Of a DNA stretch of 64,000 nt, positions 38,161-51,589 are shown in pieces. Each line of letters starts with the position of its first letter. Position 1 is the stretch's first letter. Under the pieces are notes generated by a model that saw only the letters and a program-made list of their open reading frames with translations, did not search any database and was not told the origin of the DNA. The DNA is from Octopus sinensis (taxonomy: Eukaryota): NCBI RefSeq assembly GCF_006345805.1, contig NC_042999.1, forward strand, positions 39,742,001 through 39,806,000, in the 5' to 3' direction. The translations under genes and the position numbers were made by a program.

Positions 38161-41100
38161 TCTCTTATATATAAACGGCAGTTTGTCTGTGCGTGCTTCT
38201 GTGTGTCTGTTTTCTGGACCCTCACCCTGACCACGGCTTTCAACCGATTCTGATGAAAAACTTGACACCCACATAGCCCAATGTCATAATTCAAAACTAA
38301 CGAGCGAAAATTTTGAAAAGTTCCCCAGTTCTGAAAAAAAATGAATTCGACATGGGGTCGAGATCATAAACATGAACCACAGGCTGTCTAGGGGACGCAA
38401 CTCGAGAATCTAAGCTTTTTTTATGCAACGCATTATCTATGGTAGTTTTCACAACTTGCAATCGATTTTCACCAAACTCATGGTGAAGCTTAATGTTACC
38501 CTAAGAAACTCAATTCTGACGTTAGTTTTCCATGCAATACCTTACCATCAGAAACAATCGATAAAATCATGCCATTTTGGGAAATCGCGTTCAAATTCAA
38601 GATGACATATTTCGACAATATCTTTCACAAATTGGCAGGAATCTTTTTTTTTTTTCACAACGAGCTTCATGTCTGCTCCAAGGAGCTATATAGCCCTTTT
38701 TATTCCAATAGGATACATTATTGGAAAAAATCGGTTAATTTAATCATATGTGGCACACATAGCAAACAAATTTGTGTATTAAACACAAACCAGACTGTTA
38801 GGGGACGCAACTTGACCTTTTTAGCTATCGATAATTCGATCCAACCAATTCCTACCAGGAAGAAATTACATTCGAGACTTTACCCCCAACACCGCCACTT
38901 CTGCTAATAGCTGCTGCAGCCGCAAGTTATTCGGATACTTTTTGGGTTTAAACTTTCTTTATAACTACCACCCCAAACGTTTTACCTTCAATTTTTGACG
39001 TACCCTAACGGTCCTCGGACGCTACTTGCAAACTCTTGGTTTATTATAAACCACTTTTGTCGTGTGCATCAAAAAACTTTTCCTTTCGTTTGTTCAGTTT
39101 GATCACTTTTGACTTTTTCGTTGTTGTCACTCACATTGCTGCCAGCTTTTTGGCCGTTTTTGTACATTTTTATACATTTTCGGATACTTACCCCACGAGC
39201 TCCTTTTTATTACACCTTTACCAAACACATTGCTATCCACCAAAATACTTACCCCACGTGTTCCTTTTTATTACACCTTTGCCAAACACATTGCTATCCA
39301 CCAAAATGCCACCCAAGAAGAGAAGGACCCTCCTCAGCCCTCGGACGGCCAAGGCATCGGCTGCTAGGGCTAGAAGGGCACGCGAGACCCACGAGGAGGA
39401 ACCGCCTTGCGCCTCTCGCAAACAGCTTCCCGTTATGCCGCTGCTCAGGCATCTGAAACTACTAGCGACCGTTCTACCCGACTTGCAAGGGTCGCAGCGT
39501 ACAGATCTCCCTCCGCTCGAGGTTGACGAAAGAGCAACAGTCCAGCAAAACATGCGGGCTTCTTACTGTGCTTCCATCCGCAGAGCTCGCGAGAACCCCG
39601 AACAAAGGGCCATTCGGAATGCGGCTAACGCCACTAGCACTGCCAGGACACGATCTGTCGAAACCTCACAGCAGAGGAGAACTCGCCAAGCTGCTAACGC
39701 CGCAAACACAGCCAGGCTCGATCTGCCGAAACTCCACACCAACGGACTATTCGGACATCCAGACATGCCATTAACACTGCTTCTGCTAGGGCTTCAGAGG
39801 GTGCTGAGGCGAGAGCTGAAAGGCTTTCAAGGGATGCCACTGCTACCGCTGTCGCACGTGCATCTGAATCTGCGAGGCACGGTGCACTCGACTTGAGAGT
39901 ATCAACAAACGTCGGGATATCATTCGTGGTGTACGTCCCCTGCCCCCGCTTTCTGGTTGTCACTAGCATTCAACTACGACCCCACAATTAACTTCTCCTT
40001 GCGTGACGACATCAAGATAGGGTCAATGACAATTGTATGCCAGTTTTGCAAAGCCAAGAAATGGCCCGGAGAGCCACCTGGTTTGTGCTGCTCTGGTGGC
40101 AAAGTGGACCTGCCACCCCTACGGGAAACACTGAAGGATCTCGCGGCGGGTTTAACCCCGATTCGTCACAATTCCTTGAAATAATTCGAAAGTACACTGC
40201 TCATTCCAAATGACCTCTTTCGGGGCCAAAATTCCTCCCAGAGAAGGCTGGATGCCTACTTTCAAAGTGCAGGGACAGGTCTACCATCTTATTGGGTCAC
40301 TTCTGCCAGACGAGATTCAGCAGTCTTCTTTCCTCCAAATATACTTCATTGCCGACTACAACCACCAGGTTGATGCACGCCTTGGAATAATACCGGGTAC
40401 AAGCTATGTTCCCCGCAAAGACATTCTTCTCCGTCTCCAAACCATGCTTCATGATATCAACAGCTACGTCTGCAGCTTCAGATATGCCTTGGACAGTGCT
40501 CCTTCTCCAAACTTCACCGTTGTCATTGATGCTGATAAACGACCCCACGGGGAGCACGAACGCCGTTTCAACGCACCTGCGTGCAACGAAATTGCCGCAG
40601 TTATACACGGAGAGCAACACAACAGCCGTGACATAATCATCTCCTCCCGTGGTAACAACCTACACAGGATCAGCGAGACTCACAGATCTTATGACGCGCT
40701 TCAGTATCCATTGCTTTTCCCTTATGGGGAAGACGGCTACCACTTCGGAATTCCTTTACGGCAGCCCTCCAATCAAACTACTGCGGCATCAAAGACGGTT
40801 TCCGGCAGGGCGTTCTACTCATACCGGTTCATGGTCAGGGAGGGTGAGTTCAACTTATTGCCCCGTTGTCGTCAGCTATTCAACCAGTTCGCCGTCGACA
40901 TGGCTGCAAAAATGGAATCGGAAAGGCTGCTATACATTAAACTTAATCAGACCAAACTTCGCTCCGACTCCTACATTCATCTCCGTGACGGTTTGCAACA
41001 AGAAAATGACCCTCGCAACATCGGCAAGCCATGCATTCTACCCTCCACCTTCACGGGAGGCCGCGATATATGCGTGAAAGGACCCAAGACGCCTTGACCT

Positions 41101-44100
41101 ACGTGCGCATTTACGGCCGGCCGGACCTCTTTATCACCTACACGTGCAATCCCAGCTGCGACGAAATCACTCGCGAAATCCTCCCGGGTCAATCTCACAC
41201 CCATCGACACGACATCGTTGCTAGGGTTTTCCGTCTGAATTTGGGCAAAATGAAGGATTTGATAGTTAAGGGTCAGATTTTCGGGCATGTCAGGTGCCAC
41301 ATGTTTTCGGTCGAGTGGCAAAAGAGGGGCTTTCCACATGCTCACATATTAATTTTGCTCACTATAAAATCGAGACTAATGACATTGACAAATTCATTTC
41401 CGCCGAGATTCCTGACCCCCCGATGACACCCGGACTCTACGAAATTGTCCGCACTACCATGGTACACGGGCCCTGTGGACCAAATTACGCCAACACACCA
41501 TGCTACAAAAACGGATTAGCCTGCTCAAAGGGATTCCCTAAACGGTTCACTTTGGAGACTCAAACAGGCGGCGATGGTTATCCGCTGTACAAACGAAGGA
41601 GTCCAGCCAATGGAGGCCGCACGATTACGGTTGGGCGACATCAAGTGGACAACAGCTACATTGTCCCCTACTGTCCTCTCCTGTCGAAGATATTCAAAGC
41701 CCACGTCAACGTTGAGTTCTGCAGCTCCATCAGGTCAATACAATATGTCTGCAAAATATCAACAAAGGCAGCGATGCTGCCATGTTCAGCATCCAGAGGA
41801 CCACCAGTCGCGACGAAGTGTCCACTACTTGGCTGGCCGGTACCTCAGCAGCAACGAAGCGTTTTGGCGCATTTACGGCTTCCCGCTCCATCAGAGACAC
41901 CCGGCTGTGGTGCAGCTTGCTGTACACTTGGAAAATGGACAGCGGATTTACTTCACAGAGCAAAGTGCTGTGCAGATAGCCACCAGCCCTAAAGACACAA
42001 CGTTGACTGGTTTCTTCAAATTATGCCAACGTGATGACTTCGCTCGAACGCTTTTGTACCCACAGGTCCCATCGTACTTCGTGTGGTCTAAAAACACCTG
42101 GGTTCGACGGAAATCCGGCAAAAAACGTCGAAAGCTTCCCAGGCGTCAAGTTTGACTCCTGCCTGGGTCGAGTTTACAACATCCCGCCAAACCAGCAAGA
42201 ATGCTTCTACCTCCGTCTCCTTCTACATGAGGTCACTGGTCGAACAGGTTTCGCCAATATACGTACCGTCAATTGGGTTCTGTGCGACACCTTCAGGGAA
42301 GCATGTATGAGACTTGGCCTTCTAGAGGATGACTCCCAGTGGGACGCCACGATGGCAGAGGGTGCTTTACTGCAAACGCATTCGCCCTACGACATCTTTT
42401 CGCAATCCTTCTTCAAAAATGTCAGCTTAGTCATCCACTAAGTCTCTGGATGAAATACAGGGATGACATGTCGCACGACTTCTTACGTACGGCTCAGCAA
42501 CACTGCCCTTCCGCCGAGATCACGTTCACCAACTTCATTTACAATTTTGCGCTCATTCAACTCGAAGACGCTGTCATCGATATGGGTGGGTCTGCTTTAA
42601 CAGAGTACGGCCTTCCACCACCCACACGTGAACACGCCAATGTTATGTCTGCTGAATTGTTACGCGAAACTTCCTACTGCATTGAGGAACTGCACCAGTA
42701 CGTCCAAGATAATGAACCACGGCTGCTTCCAGACCAGCGCATAGCCTACAACACCATCGTAGACTCTGTCAGACAGCAACGTGGGGGGGGGGGTTTCTTC
42801 CTTGATGCACCCGGCGGCACAGGCAAAACCTTCGTCACTAAACTAATTCTGGCAGAGGTCAGACGCAACACGGACATTGCCCTGGCTGTAGCTTCCTCTG
42901 GTATCGCGGCCACGTTGCTTCCGGGTGGCAGAACCGCCCACTCTGCCTTCAGACTCCCGCTCGATCTGGCAAAGTCCGAGTCACCTATCTGCAACATCGC
43001 CAAGAACTCAGAACAGGCCGACATTCTTCGCAGATGCAAACTCATCGTATGGGACGAGTGCACTATGGCACACAAAGGCGCCCTTGAGGCACTGGACAGG
43101 TCCCTGCAAGACATCAGAGACTCTACGGCCCCCTGGGAGGATTAACTTTACTTCTTTCAGGAGACTTCAGGCAGACTCTACCTGTTATTCCAAAAGGAAC
43201 CCGTGCCGATGCCGTGCGCGCGTGCCTTAAGTCGTCAGCTCTTTGGGCACATGTGCGGCCCTTGCACCTCCAAACTAACATGCGCGCGCAGTTAATTGGT
43301 GACAGCGGATCCGCTGCATTCTCCAGGGACCTCTTATCGCTCGGTGAAAATAGGATTCTGTCTGATGCGGATGGCTACGTTCAATTGGACTCACTTTGCA
43401 CCATTGTCGACACCCCTGCTAGCCTCCGGGACGCTGTCTTCCACGACCTACAAAACAATTTACGCGACCTAAAATGGCTGGCAGGCAGAGCTATTCTCGC
43501 ACCCAAAAATACAACCGTCAACTCCATCAATATCCAGCTACTTGAAGCTATTCCTGGTGATGTCCACGTCTACAAATCTATAGATAGGACAGCAGACCCC
43601 GCCCAGCTTGCCGATTATCCTGTTGAATTCCTGAATTCACTTGAACCGCCAGGCCTGCCACCACACATCCTGAAGTTAAAAGTCGGTGCGCCCATTATGC
43701 TCATCAGGAATTTGGTTCCACCTAAACAGTGCAACGGCACACGTTTGGTTGTGAAACATTTGGCACCACATTTAATAACGGCCACAATACTTACCGGTTG
43801 TGGGAAGGGAGAGGACGTCTTCATTCCACGGATGCACCTTCAACCGTCGGGCGCTGACCTACCAATCCACTTCAGGCGTTCTCAGTTTCCTGTTAAACTC
43901 TGCTTCGCAATGTCCATCAATAAATCCCAAGGCCAAACGCTACAAGTCGCTGGGTTACATTTGGGCGAACAGTGCTTCGCCCACGGTCAACTCTACGTGG
44001 GCTGTTCACGCGTTGGGAGGCGCAATGATGTTTTCATGTTTTCGCCCAAACGGACAGCTAGGAACATCGTATATACAGAAGTATTCCAGTGAAGACAAGA

Positions 44101-44214
44101 CATTGCAACGTCCACATGCACCTTCGTTCCCTGGAGGGAAAGGACTACATTGGGATTAGTCGTTGCCTACTAGGGGCTCTTACATACCCGGGCAACGCCG
44201 GGCTATGCTGCTAG
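38161..44214 (+). mobile_element. Full-length Helitron (6,054 bp)
   Basis: 5' TC after host A; 3' hairpin cccgg-gcaacg-ccggg (44187-44202) then CTAG before host T; no TSD; internal Rep/helicase gene. Confidence 0.95.
39306..44092 (+). pseudogene. Helitron RepHel transposase (HUH nuclease plus PIF1-family SF1 helicase) broken by at least eight frame changes
   Basis: C..C.AKKW..E..G.CC.GGKV; FKVQGQVYH; VEWQKRGFPHAHIL; HGPCG; QYVCK(Y); DAPGGTGKT; WDECTM; GDFRQ; FAMSINKSQGQT; HGQLYVGCSRV. Confidence 0.93.
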
Positions 44215-44900
44215 TTTACTATAAACTGAGACTTTCATGAAGATTTTAACTCAGTTTTCGAGGCTGTGATAGTTATTTCCAGCAATCTTTGTAATCCCCT
44301 GCCATTCCAGGTATCTCCATTCATTTCTCTGTCCAGCTGTGAGGCATCATATCATATGCCTTATGTAATCTATTTTCACCATTCCTAGTCCAAGTAATAT
44401 TCATTTACCGTTCCTTATATCATCTTATTTATTAACATTTGTCTCTTACAAATTTTACAAAAGTACAAATTTGTTGAAGTTTCATAGCTATTATTCCTAT
44501 CTACAGATTCCACACAGTTGGTAAGCACTTCTTTATCCTTTGTCATATCATTCAAGACTAATGTCATTTTTCCATGTGTAGTGAAATATCAGCCTCATTC
44601 AGAACTCCTTGAAATTTGCTAGCAATTCTAAAGTACCGTGTCATAAATATTTTAATACAATATCTCTGCAATCAACGAAGGCCTGCTGACTTCTAATTTT
44701 TGTTGTTGACTTCTCCTTCGCTGTCTCTGATATTTGGATGTTTCCTTGTTTCTTTTGATCTCTCATTTTGTCCTCAACATTTCTAACCAATTAGCTTCAT
44801 CATTAAGCACATCTGGTTGATCCCAAATCTCACCGACAAACTAATCACTATTCCTTACTTGTTAAAACACCATTAACTTGAAGCTTTTTCTCTAACCTTC
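44215..44900 (-). mobile_element. R4/Dong-type LINE RT, upstream part
   Basis: DY.KAYDMMPHSW; joining it to 38160 restores VNIRRG..(Q)GDSLS. Confidence 0.8.
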
Positions 44901-45164
44901 CGATTATCTTTTTTTCTGATTATCATTCTGGTTGTTATTGTTGTTGCTATAGCAATCATCATCATAGTCATCAATATTGTTCTTGTTATTAAATTTACGT
45001 TGTGACTCCGATTTCCACCAGCAGTGGACTGCTTGTTAATATGGGAAATAATGTGAAATAGTTATTCATACTACAGTTATACAGATATATTACAACTTTA
45101 CATCCATTAGGTGCAAAGCTGCAGGTTTGTGTTAATGAGACAGTGTTTTGAAACACATTTATAG

Positions 45165-45257
45165 CAATATGTTAATAAGTTGTTCTATGGAAGAATCTGA
45201 AACAAAGTCCATATTAGAATTACAAGGAAGAAAGGCTGCAATTATCCTATATACAAT
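45165..45257 (+). CDS. Candidate internal exon, 93 nt, phase 2-2: NMLISCSMEESETKSILELQGRKAAIILYT
   Basis: Acceptor atttatag, donor gtgagt, open frame; no homology recognised. Confidence 0.3.
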
Positions 45258-47989
45258 GTGAGTTTGGATAAATGTCATTAATTCAGTATGATGTACACAA
45301 ACATCTTCACTACACAAGAGACACGAGTTGTGTATTGATTTAATTTTTTTTCTATGATTGAAAGGTGTAAATATTTATAAATATATAACATTTATAAAGA
45401 GACGTGATATTCAGATTAATTATGACTGTTGGTGAAACTTAAAATGCGGCATAAAAGAGAAGGTGATGCATTTTAACATTTACATTCTACATACACACAA
45501 AACCGCCGTGTAAGGTTTTATCTGTAAAAAAGAAAGTCTAATTAGGAAAGTGGTATCTAAGGCTGACTGGATTAGCTTTACATTGATATAATTGCTTAAA
45601 TCTACTGAAAATATTTTGATTTAATAATATTAGCTATATAACGGATCAACATATATACATAGATGTGTGTGTATGTGTGTAATTTATGATACCGCAAAAG
45701 AAAGTTGTCTCAGCTGTATATAGTACAAATCCGCTTGTTAAAATAATCATTACTTTTCAAGTCATTTGAGATGTACAAGTAAATGATAATTCTTTTAGTC
45801 TAAATTTGGGTAAGAATTTACTCTTATATATGCTAATGTACAGATCTTTATATTTCCTATTACATGTTTGAATAGCTTGCATTTTAGGGCTTTACTTTAT
45901 TAAATTAATCATAAAAGTCTTTCACTACTTACGTACTTGGTGGGGAAGGTTCCATTCATGAGAAATTAGTAAATCTGTATAAATCTATTAAATATATCTT
46001 CTCATAGAAGAGAAGTGGTGGATATAAACCAATATGAATGTTCATCTTGTTTCTATGCTTCCAGGTTACTGGTTTTCACAGGAATTTATATTGCGAAAGC
46101 AAACCGACATTCTTGGTTGAAATATAATATATCTAGCATTATGCATTTTTGAGCGAGATATGTGGAGGCAGATCCTATCACATTTAACACATTTTAATTT
46201 TGAAAGGATACCAATTTGAGCAACGGTTGCATTTTTATTGATGTGTTTAAATCACATTAACCCTTAAACAGACACAAAATGCCTGCATGTATGTGTGCCT
46301 AATGAACAGAGAAATATGTTTCTGAAGTGTAATTGTTTTCCATATTTTCCATATAAATAAATTAAAAAAACTATAGTAATTGTTAGTCACTCGCACAATA
46401 AAATTTTCAATCTTATTATCTAAAAGTACCATAACCTATTTACCTTCGTTTTAAGTTCGTATCCATGTAAAATGTTTGAAACATCGATTCATGATCGATT
46501 ATTTTCTGATGAGACATCAGTTGACGATGTGCCCCCCGCCCCCGTTTAGGTTCTATGCCTATCTCCTGTTGCCTCAATATCATAACATTATCATTCTTTA
46601 AGATATGTTTATTACATATATACAATTGCGAATCTTTGATATGGTGGAGACACTAAGTTCGGTTCAGAGTTCGCTTAATATGTTTTAGCTAAACATCTTC
46701 AATAGAAGGATATCCACTAATAGATATGTTAGCATTGTGCATATTTTCTTTCCTCTATTGTTTTCCCATCTTCCAGATGACACGACGCAGTAACGGGGAT
46801 AGTATTTGATAATGATGCCATATATAGGAAATATAGAGTGATTGCGGAAATGATTTCTGTTAGTATACCAAAACCTTTCATAGAAAAGTTTTTAATTGTT
46901 CATATTTCTCTCGCTGTATTTGGCGAGTTGAGAGGTTTCAACGGAGAAGAATCGCTTTCAGAAAGAATCACATATAATCTTCAAACAACAGAGCATGCAA
47001 TATAGTTGTGTATTTATTCGACGAAGATTACAACATTTCGTTGCCACGCATATACTCCCTAAGTGAAACAATAATTGCCATCACGTTATTAGAATTATAA
47101 TTCATATCCTACACATTTTTCCTTTTATCCATTTATTAATTATATTGCTTTGATGTCCAATATATTCACATACAACTCTTCTAATATGTAGTTGCAATTA
47201 TGACTTCCGTGGAAATGATTTTCGTGTTCAGAAAATAAAATGACGCGATTCATTTGGTTAGAATGCCCATATATTTATGTATTCTATGATGAAGGATACT
47301 ACAAACAAGACTGAGTTTCATCACTGGTGAGTCAAATTTTGCTGTTCTAAGATCTATCGTTTGTATCGTACACAGCCTTGATTTTAAGTGCATTCAGACA
47401 TACACACGACGCATACCTTGCAGCGTCGGTAAGTTAACGACAACCAATGTTAGCCGTTTATATCATTTCAGCAGAACATTCAACGGTACTTATAATACAT
47501 ACGTACATACACATGTGCATAAATACATAGTCACACGCAAACATGCGTGCGCATCACCAATGCGTTAAACTTTTTACTCTTATGCTGTCCTCCATTATTC
47601 TTTATAATACGTATTTTTCTTGCGTGCGTATTATAGATATTAAGATGGATGAAGAACAACTGATTTGCGTCGTAAAACATGTCTCACGAGAACATGTGTC
47701 TGAATATTGAGTGAGAGAAATTCCCTTATGAAGCTACTGTTAGTATAAACGGAAAGTTGACAAGTTACCCGTATGTTCTACATATAAGTGTTATCAAACA
47801 CCGAAGAATGGATTAGGAGATATTAAATTTAATAATTCTATATAATAGTTTCAATAACTGACAGTTTGACTAATTTTGTGGAATTTCCTTAACCGTAAGC
47901 AATAATTGTTTAGTTATACACGCTGCATATTAATTCTTCCCAGTGCATATTGAAATATTTGCAATAGAACATTCTAAAACAAGCAACTT

Positions 47990-50370
47990 ACCGGACAAGG
48001 AAGGGCAAATGATAACTTATCCTGGACAGACGTGTAAAGCCTTTTGGCGGTGCTTCGCTCAACTGTTCGGGAACAGCGGTGTGCCGTGTCGCAGGATGGA
48101 TTTCACGTCCTACCTGGACGGGTTGCTGCGGCTCTCGACGACGGAGGTGCAGTGCTGCAAAAAGCCGATAACAGTTTAAATACGGGAAGAAATGGATAGC
48201 TGCACGATAGGTAAATCGCTTGGTTTGAGTGGCCTGCCCTACGAGCTTTACGCTTCCATGCCAGACTTGTGACCTCTTAGCAAACGTTTACTGCAACTGG
48301 CAACAGAATGGGAGCGATGGTGTTGCTGAGAAAAGACCCGAACAAGGGAAATTGTTTTGACAGCTTTAAGGCCCATAACTCTACTGAATACATAGTTCAA
48401 AGTTTTGGTCAAGTTATTAGTTACATGGTTGGCGCTTGTCGTCGAGTATCTGGTAAGGGAAGGTCAGACATGTACCATCACGAAAAGATCCATCCACGAC
48501 AACCGCTACCTCATGCGATGCATTACTGAAAAAGTGGCTAAAGTAGCTGGCACGAGTGGGGTATGATAAATTTAGATCAGGATAAAGCTTTCGATAGACT
48601 CAACTATCTATACATGGCGGCGGTCCTCAAGGCAACTGGTTTCGGGCCTGTATTCAGAGGCTGGATCGCTGCAATGGCTGCAATGCACAGCAATATTTGT
48701 TCAGCGGTCAGAGGGAACAGTCACGTCTCAGAGCCGCGCAACATCATGCGCTCGGTCCAGTAAGGTTGTCACCTCCTGTCTCTCTCGTACGTACTGATTT
48801 TCGAACGACGACTTCACAAACTGGAAGCGTTGAGAGGCACCCGGCATGATCTAGGACGGGGGAGAAACGTCTCGGCATGTGCTGACGACGTCACCGTAGA
48901 GGTGTTTGATCATAAACAGATAGAAATGATCGGCACCGCACTCAGGGACCAGGACATAGTTTCAGGACCGACAATTTACCAGGAAAATGAGGTCTACACC
49001 TGATGAAGCAAGTCTATGCAGTCCAACGACGTCGTTGGGCGTTGGACGGACAGGTTAAATTGCTCGGGGTCTGGTTTGGTCCGGAACTCCAGATGGGCAA
49101 ATTCTGGGACGAGGTGACGAGCATGGTGACTACTCTCACCCAGACATAGTCTGCGAGAAAGTTATTCTTGAAAGTTCGGGTAGAGTTTGCTAACGTGTAT
49201 ATAGCGTCCGTAATCTACTATCGTTTGACCGTCGTGCTTGCCCTGGCCATCGTCTGATTACGCTGGAGTGTGTAATCTTCCACTTCTTCTGGAAGGGACA
49301 AGTCCTGATGGTCATGAGCTCTCTCTGCTGTCAGCACCCGCTTTGTGATAGACTGAGCATGCCGTCGTTGATGATGCGCAGACATGCGTTGAGGCAACGA
49401 CATCACCAGTGCTTCTTGACTGTGAACCCGTGTGGGCAACATTCCCGTGACACGTATTTCCACAGCTAGTTTCCTTAACAGGGCTGCAGTCCTGGATAAG
49501 ACAGAGACCGAGGGGGGAATTTTGGAAAGTGGAATGCTTTCAAGCATTCACAGTCCTCTGCTAATCGGGCTGTGCGGTAGGTAGATCGTCCAATTTTGCT
49601 TTTTATGGGGAATTAATGGAGAGAAATTGCGACGACGACGTTCATAGGGAGACCTTTGGCGTCGAAGATCACTTGGTCGCCCTTTGCTGGAGAACTTTCT
49701 GGCCAGGACCAATGGATATTTTCCAAAAATCTCTGGCAGTGCTCCCAGGGAGCATTGCCTATTTGAGATAAACTTTACAGGCAACGAAGTGCCGATATCC
49801 GAGCACGTCCGAGATGTGCGCAGGACGACGAGACGGTAATGCATGCACTCGTCCAGTGCCTAAATATTGCTGACCTGTGGGTTTATATCCAACATCTACT
49901 GTTGCGCATGAAACGGACCCGGCTATCAACTGAATTCATCGTGAAGACCGCTCCGATGCCTTCCATTTTATCGGAAAGGAAAGGCTGTTTTTATATGCCT
50001 GGTGGTCATGGCGAAATGGGTTGTGTCGTGGACGAAATTAAAGGAACTGAATACAAACACTTTTCTCTTTGACCAATCCCTGATGAACTTCTTCACGTTT
50101 CACTTGAAAAGGAAAACAAAGGTAGAGAGGGAAGTATTGACTTCTAGTCAGGTGTCCGAAAGGTGGATGAAAGTTGTGAGAATGGTACGAGTGAACGGGC
50201 TTGCCCTGAGCATGCGCCTGTAGTTAGAAAGCGGAAGGGAAAGAAAAAAAAAGAGGCACCTGCCCCAAAATTATGGTTTTGGAAGGGTGGGGGTTACATG
50301 AGCAATCCCCGAAAGGTTCCTCCCTTTTGAGGATTACACACTGTTGATCTTCCTTTCTTTGAAAATACGT
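47990..50370 (+). mobile_element. L1/Tx1-type LINE, 3' part (RT and C-terminal zinc knuckle), heavily decayed
   Basis: GKSLGLSGLPYELY, INLDQDKAFDRL, GFGPVFRGWI, ADDVTV, DETVMHALVQC, followed by an A-rich tract. Confidence 0.88.
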
Positions 50371-50554
50371 TATTAGTCTTCTTTATTCGCAAAAGCCTCG
50401 CAATTACACACACTCACACACATACAAAAAAACACACACACATTTATTTTATTTGTTTTGCCCTTTGTTAACCATAATGTTTTTTCTTCGTGTAAATACT
50501 TATGAATAAAGAAATCATTGTTATTATCATTATCATCATTATTATTATTAAGGC

Positions 50555-51420
50555 GTGAGCTGGCAGAATGGTTTAGCTTTGCGGGCAAAATGCTCAGCGA
50601 CATTTCATCAGTCCATACGTTCTGGGGGTCGATATAATCAAGTAGTTCCCTTCTCCAAAATTTCAGGCGTTGTGCCTATAGTAGAAAGAGTTAATATCAT
50701 TGTTGTTGTTGTTGTTGTTTTTTTCAGGCGACGAGGTGACAGAATTGCTAGAACACTGGACGAAATGCTTAACGGTATTTCACCCGTTAAAGGCGGCGAG
50801 CTGGCAGAATCATTAGCACGCCGGGCGAAATACGTAGCCGTATTTCGTCTGCCGTTACGTTCTGATTTCAAATTCCGCCGAGGTCGACTTTGCCGTTCAT
50901 CCTTTCGGGGTCGATAAATTAAGTACCAGTTACGCACTGGGGTCGATATAATCGACATAATCTGTTTGTCTGTCCTCGTTTGTCCTCTCTATGTTTAGCC
51001 CCTTGTGGGTAATAAAGAAATAGGTATTTCACCCGTCAAGGTATTTCACGCCGCGAAGGCGGCGAGCTGGCAGAAACGTTAGCACGCTGGGCGAAATGCT
51101 TAGCGGTATTTCGTCTGCGTTACGTTGTGAGTTCAAATTCCGCCGAGGTCGACTTTGCCATTTATCCTTTCGGGGTCGATAAATTAAGTACCAGTTACGC
51201 ACTGGGGTCGATGTAATCGACTTAATACCTATGTCTGTCCTTGTTTGTCCCCTCTGTGTTTAGCCCCTTGTGGGTAATAAAGAAATAGGTATTTCACCCG
51301 TCACTACGTTTTGGGTTCAAATTTCGCCGACCTATACTCTGCCTTTCATCATTTTGGGATCGAAAATTAATTATTAGTGGATTACTGGGATCGATGTAAT
51401 TGACTAGCCCTCTCCCACTA
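50555..51420 (+). mobile_element. Cluster of tRNA-derived SINEs; two young copies nested in an older copy
   Basis: Repeated ggcgagctggcagaa heads; the 14-mer ggtatttcacccgt occurs at 50774, 51023 and 51288. Confidence 0.88.
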
Positions 51421-51589
51421 AACTTAGGGACTTTTGTCTATAATAAAAATGATTATTATTATTGTTGTTGTTGTTGTTGTTATATATAAGTTCACTTCCA
51501 CTAGCTTTGCCCTCTAGTGGGATGACGCACTGGCAATATGTTGAGAGGCAAACGCAAACTTAGGAAGGATCTCACCAGTACCATTAACT

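Noticed and set aside
39233-44159. Minus-strand ORFs within the Helitron (likewise within the LINE at 12040-13705)
   Set aside because: These are antisense shadows of GC-rich coding sequence with no recognisable motifs.
46777-46815. Strong polypyrimidine acceptor followed by ATG
   Set aside because: All frames close within about 11 codons.
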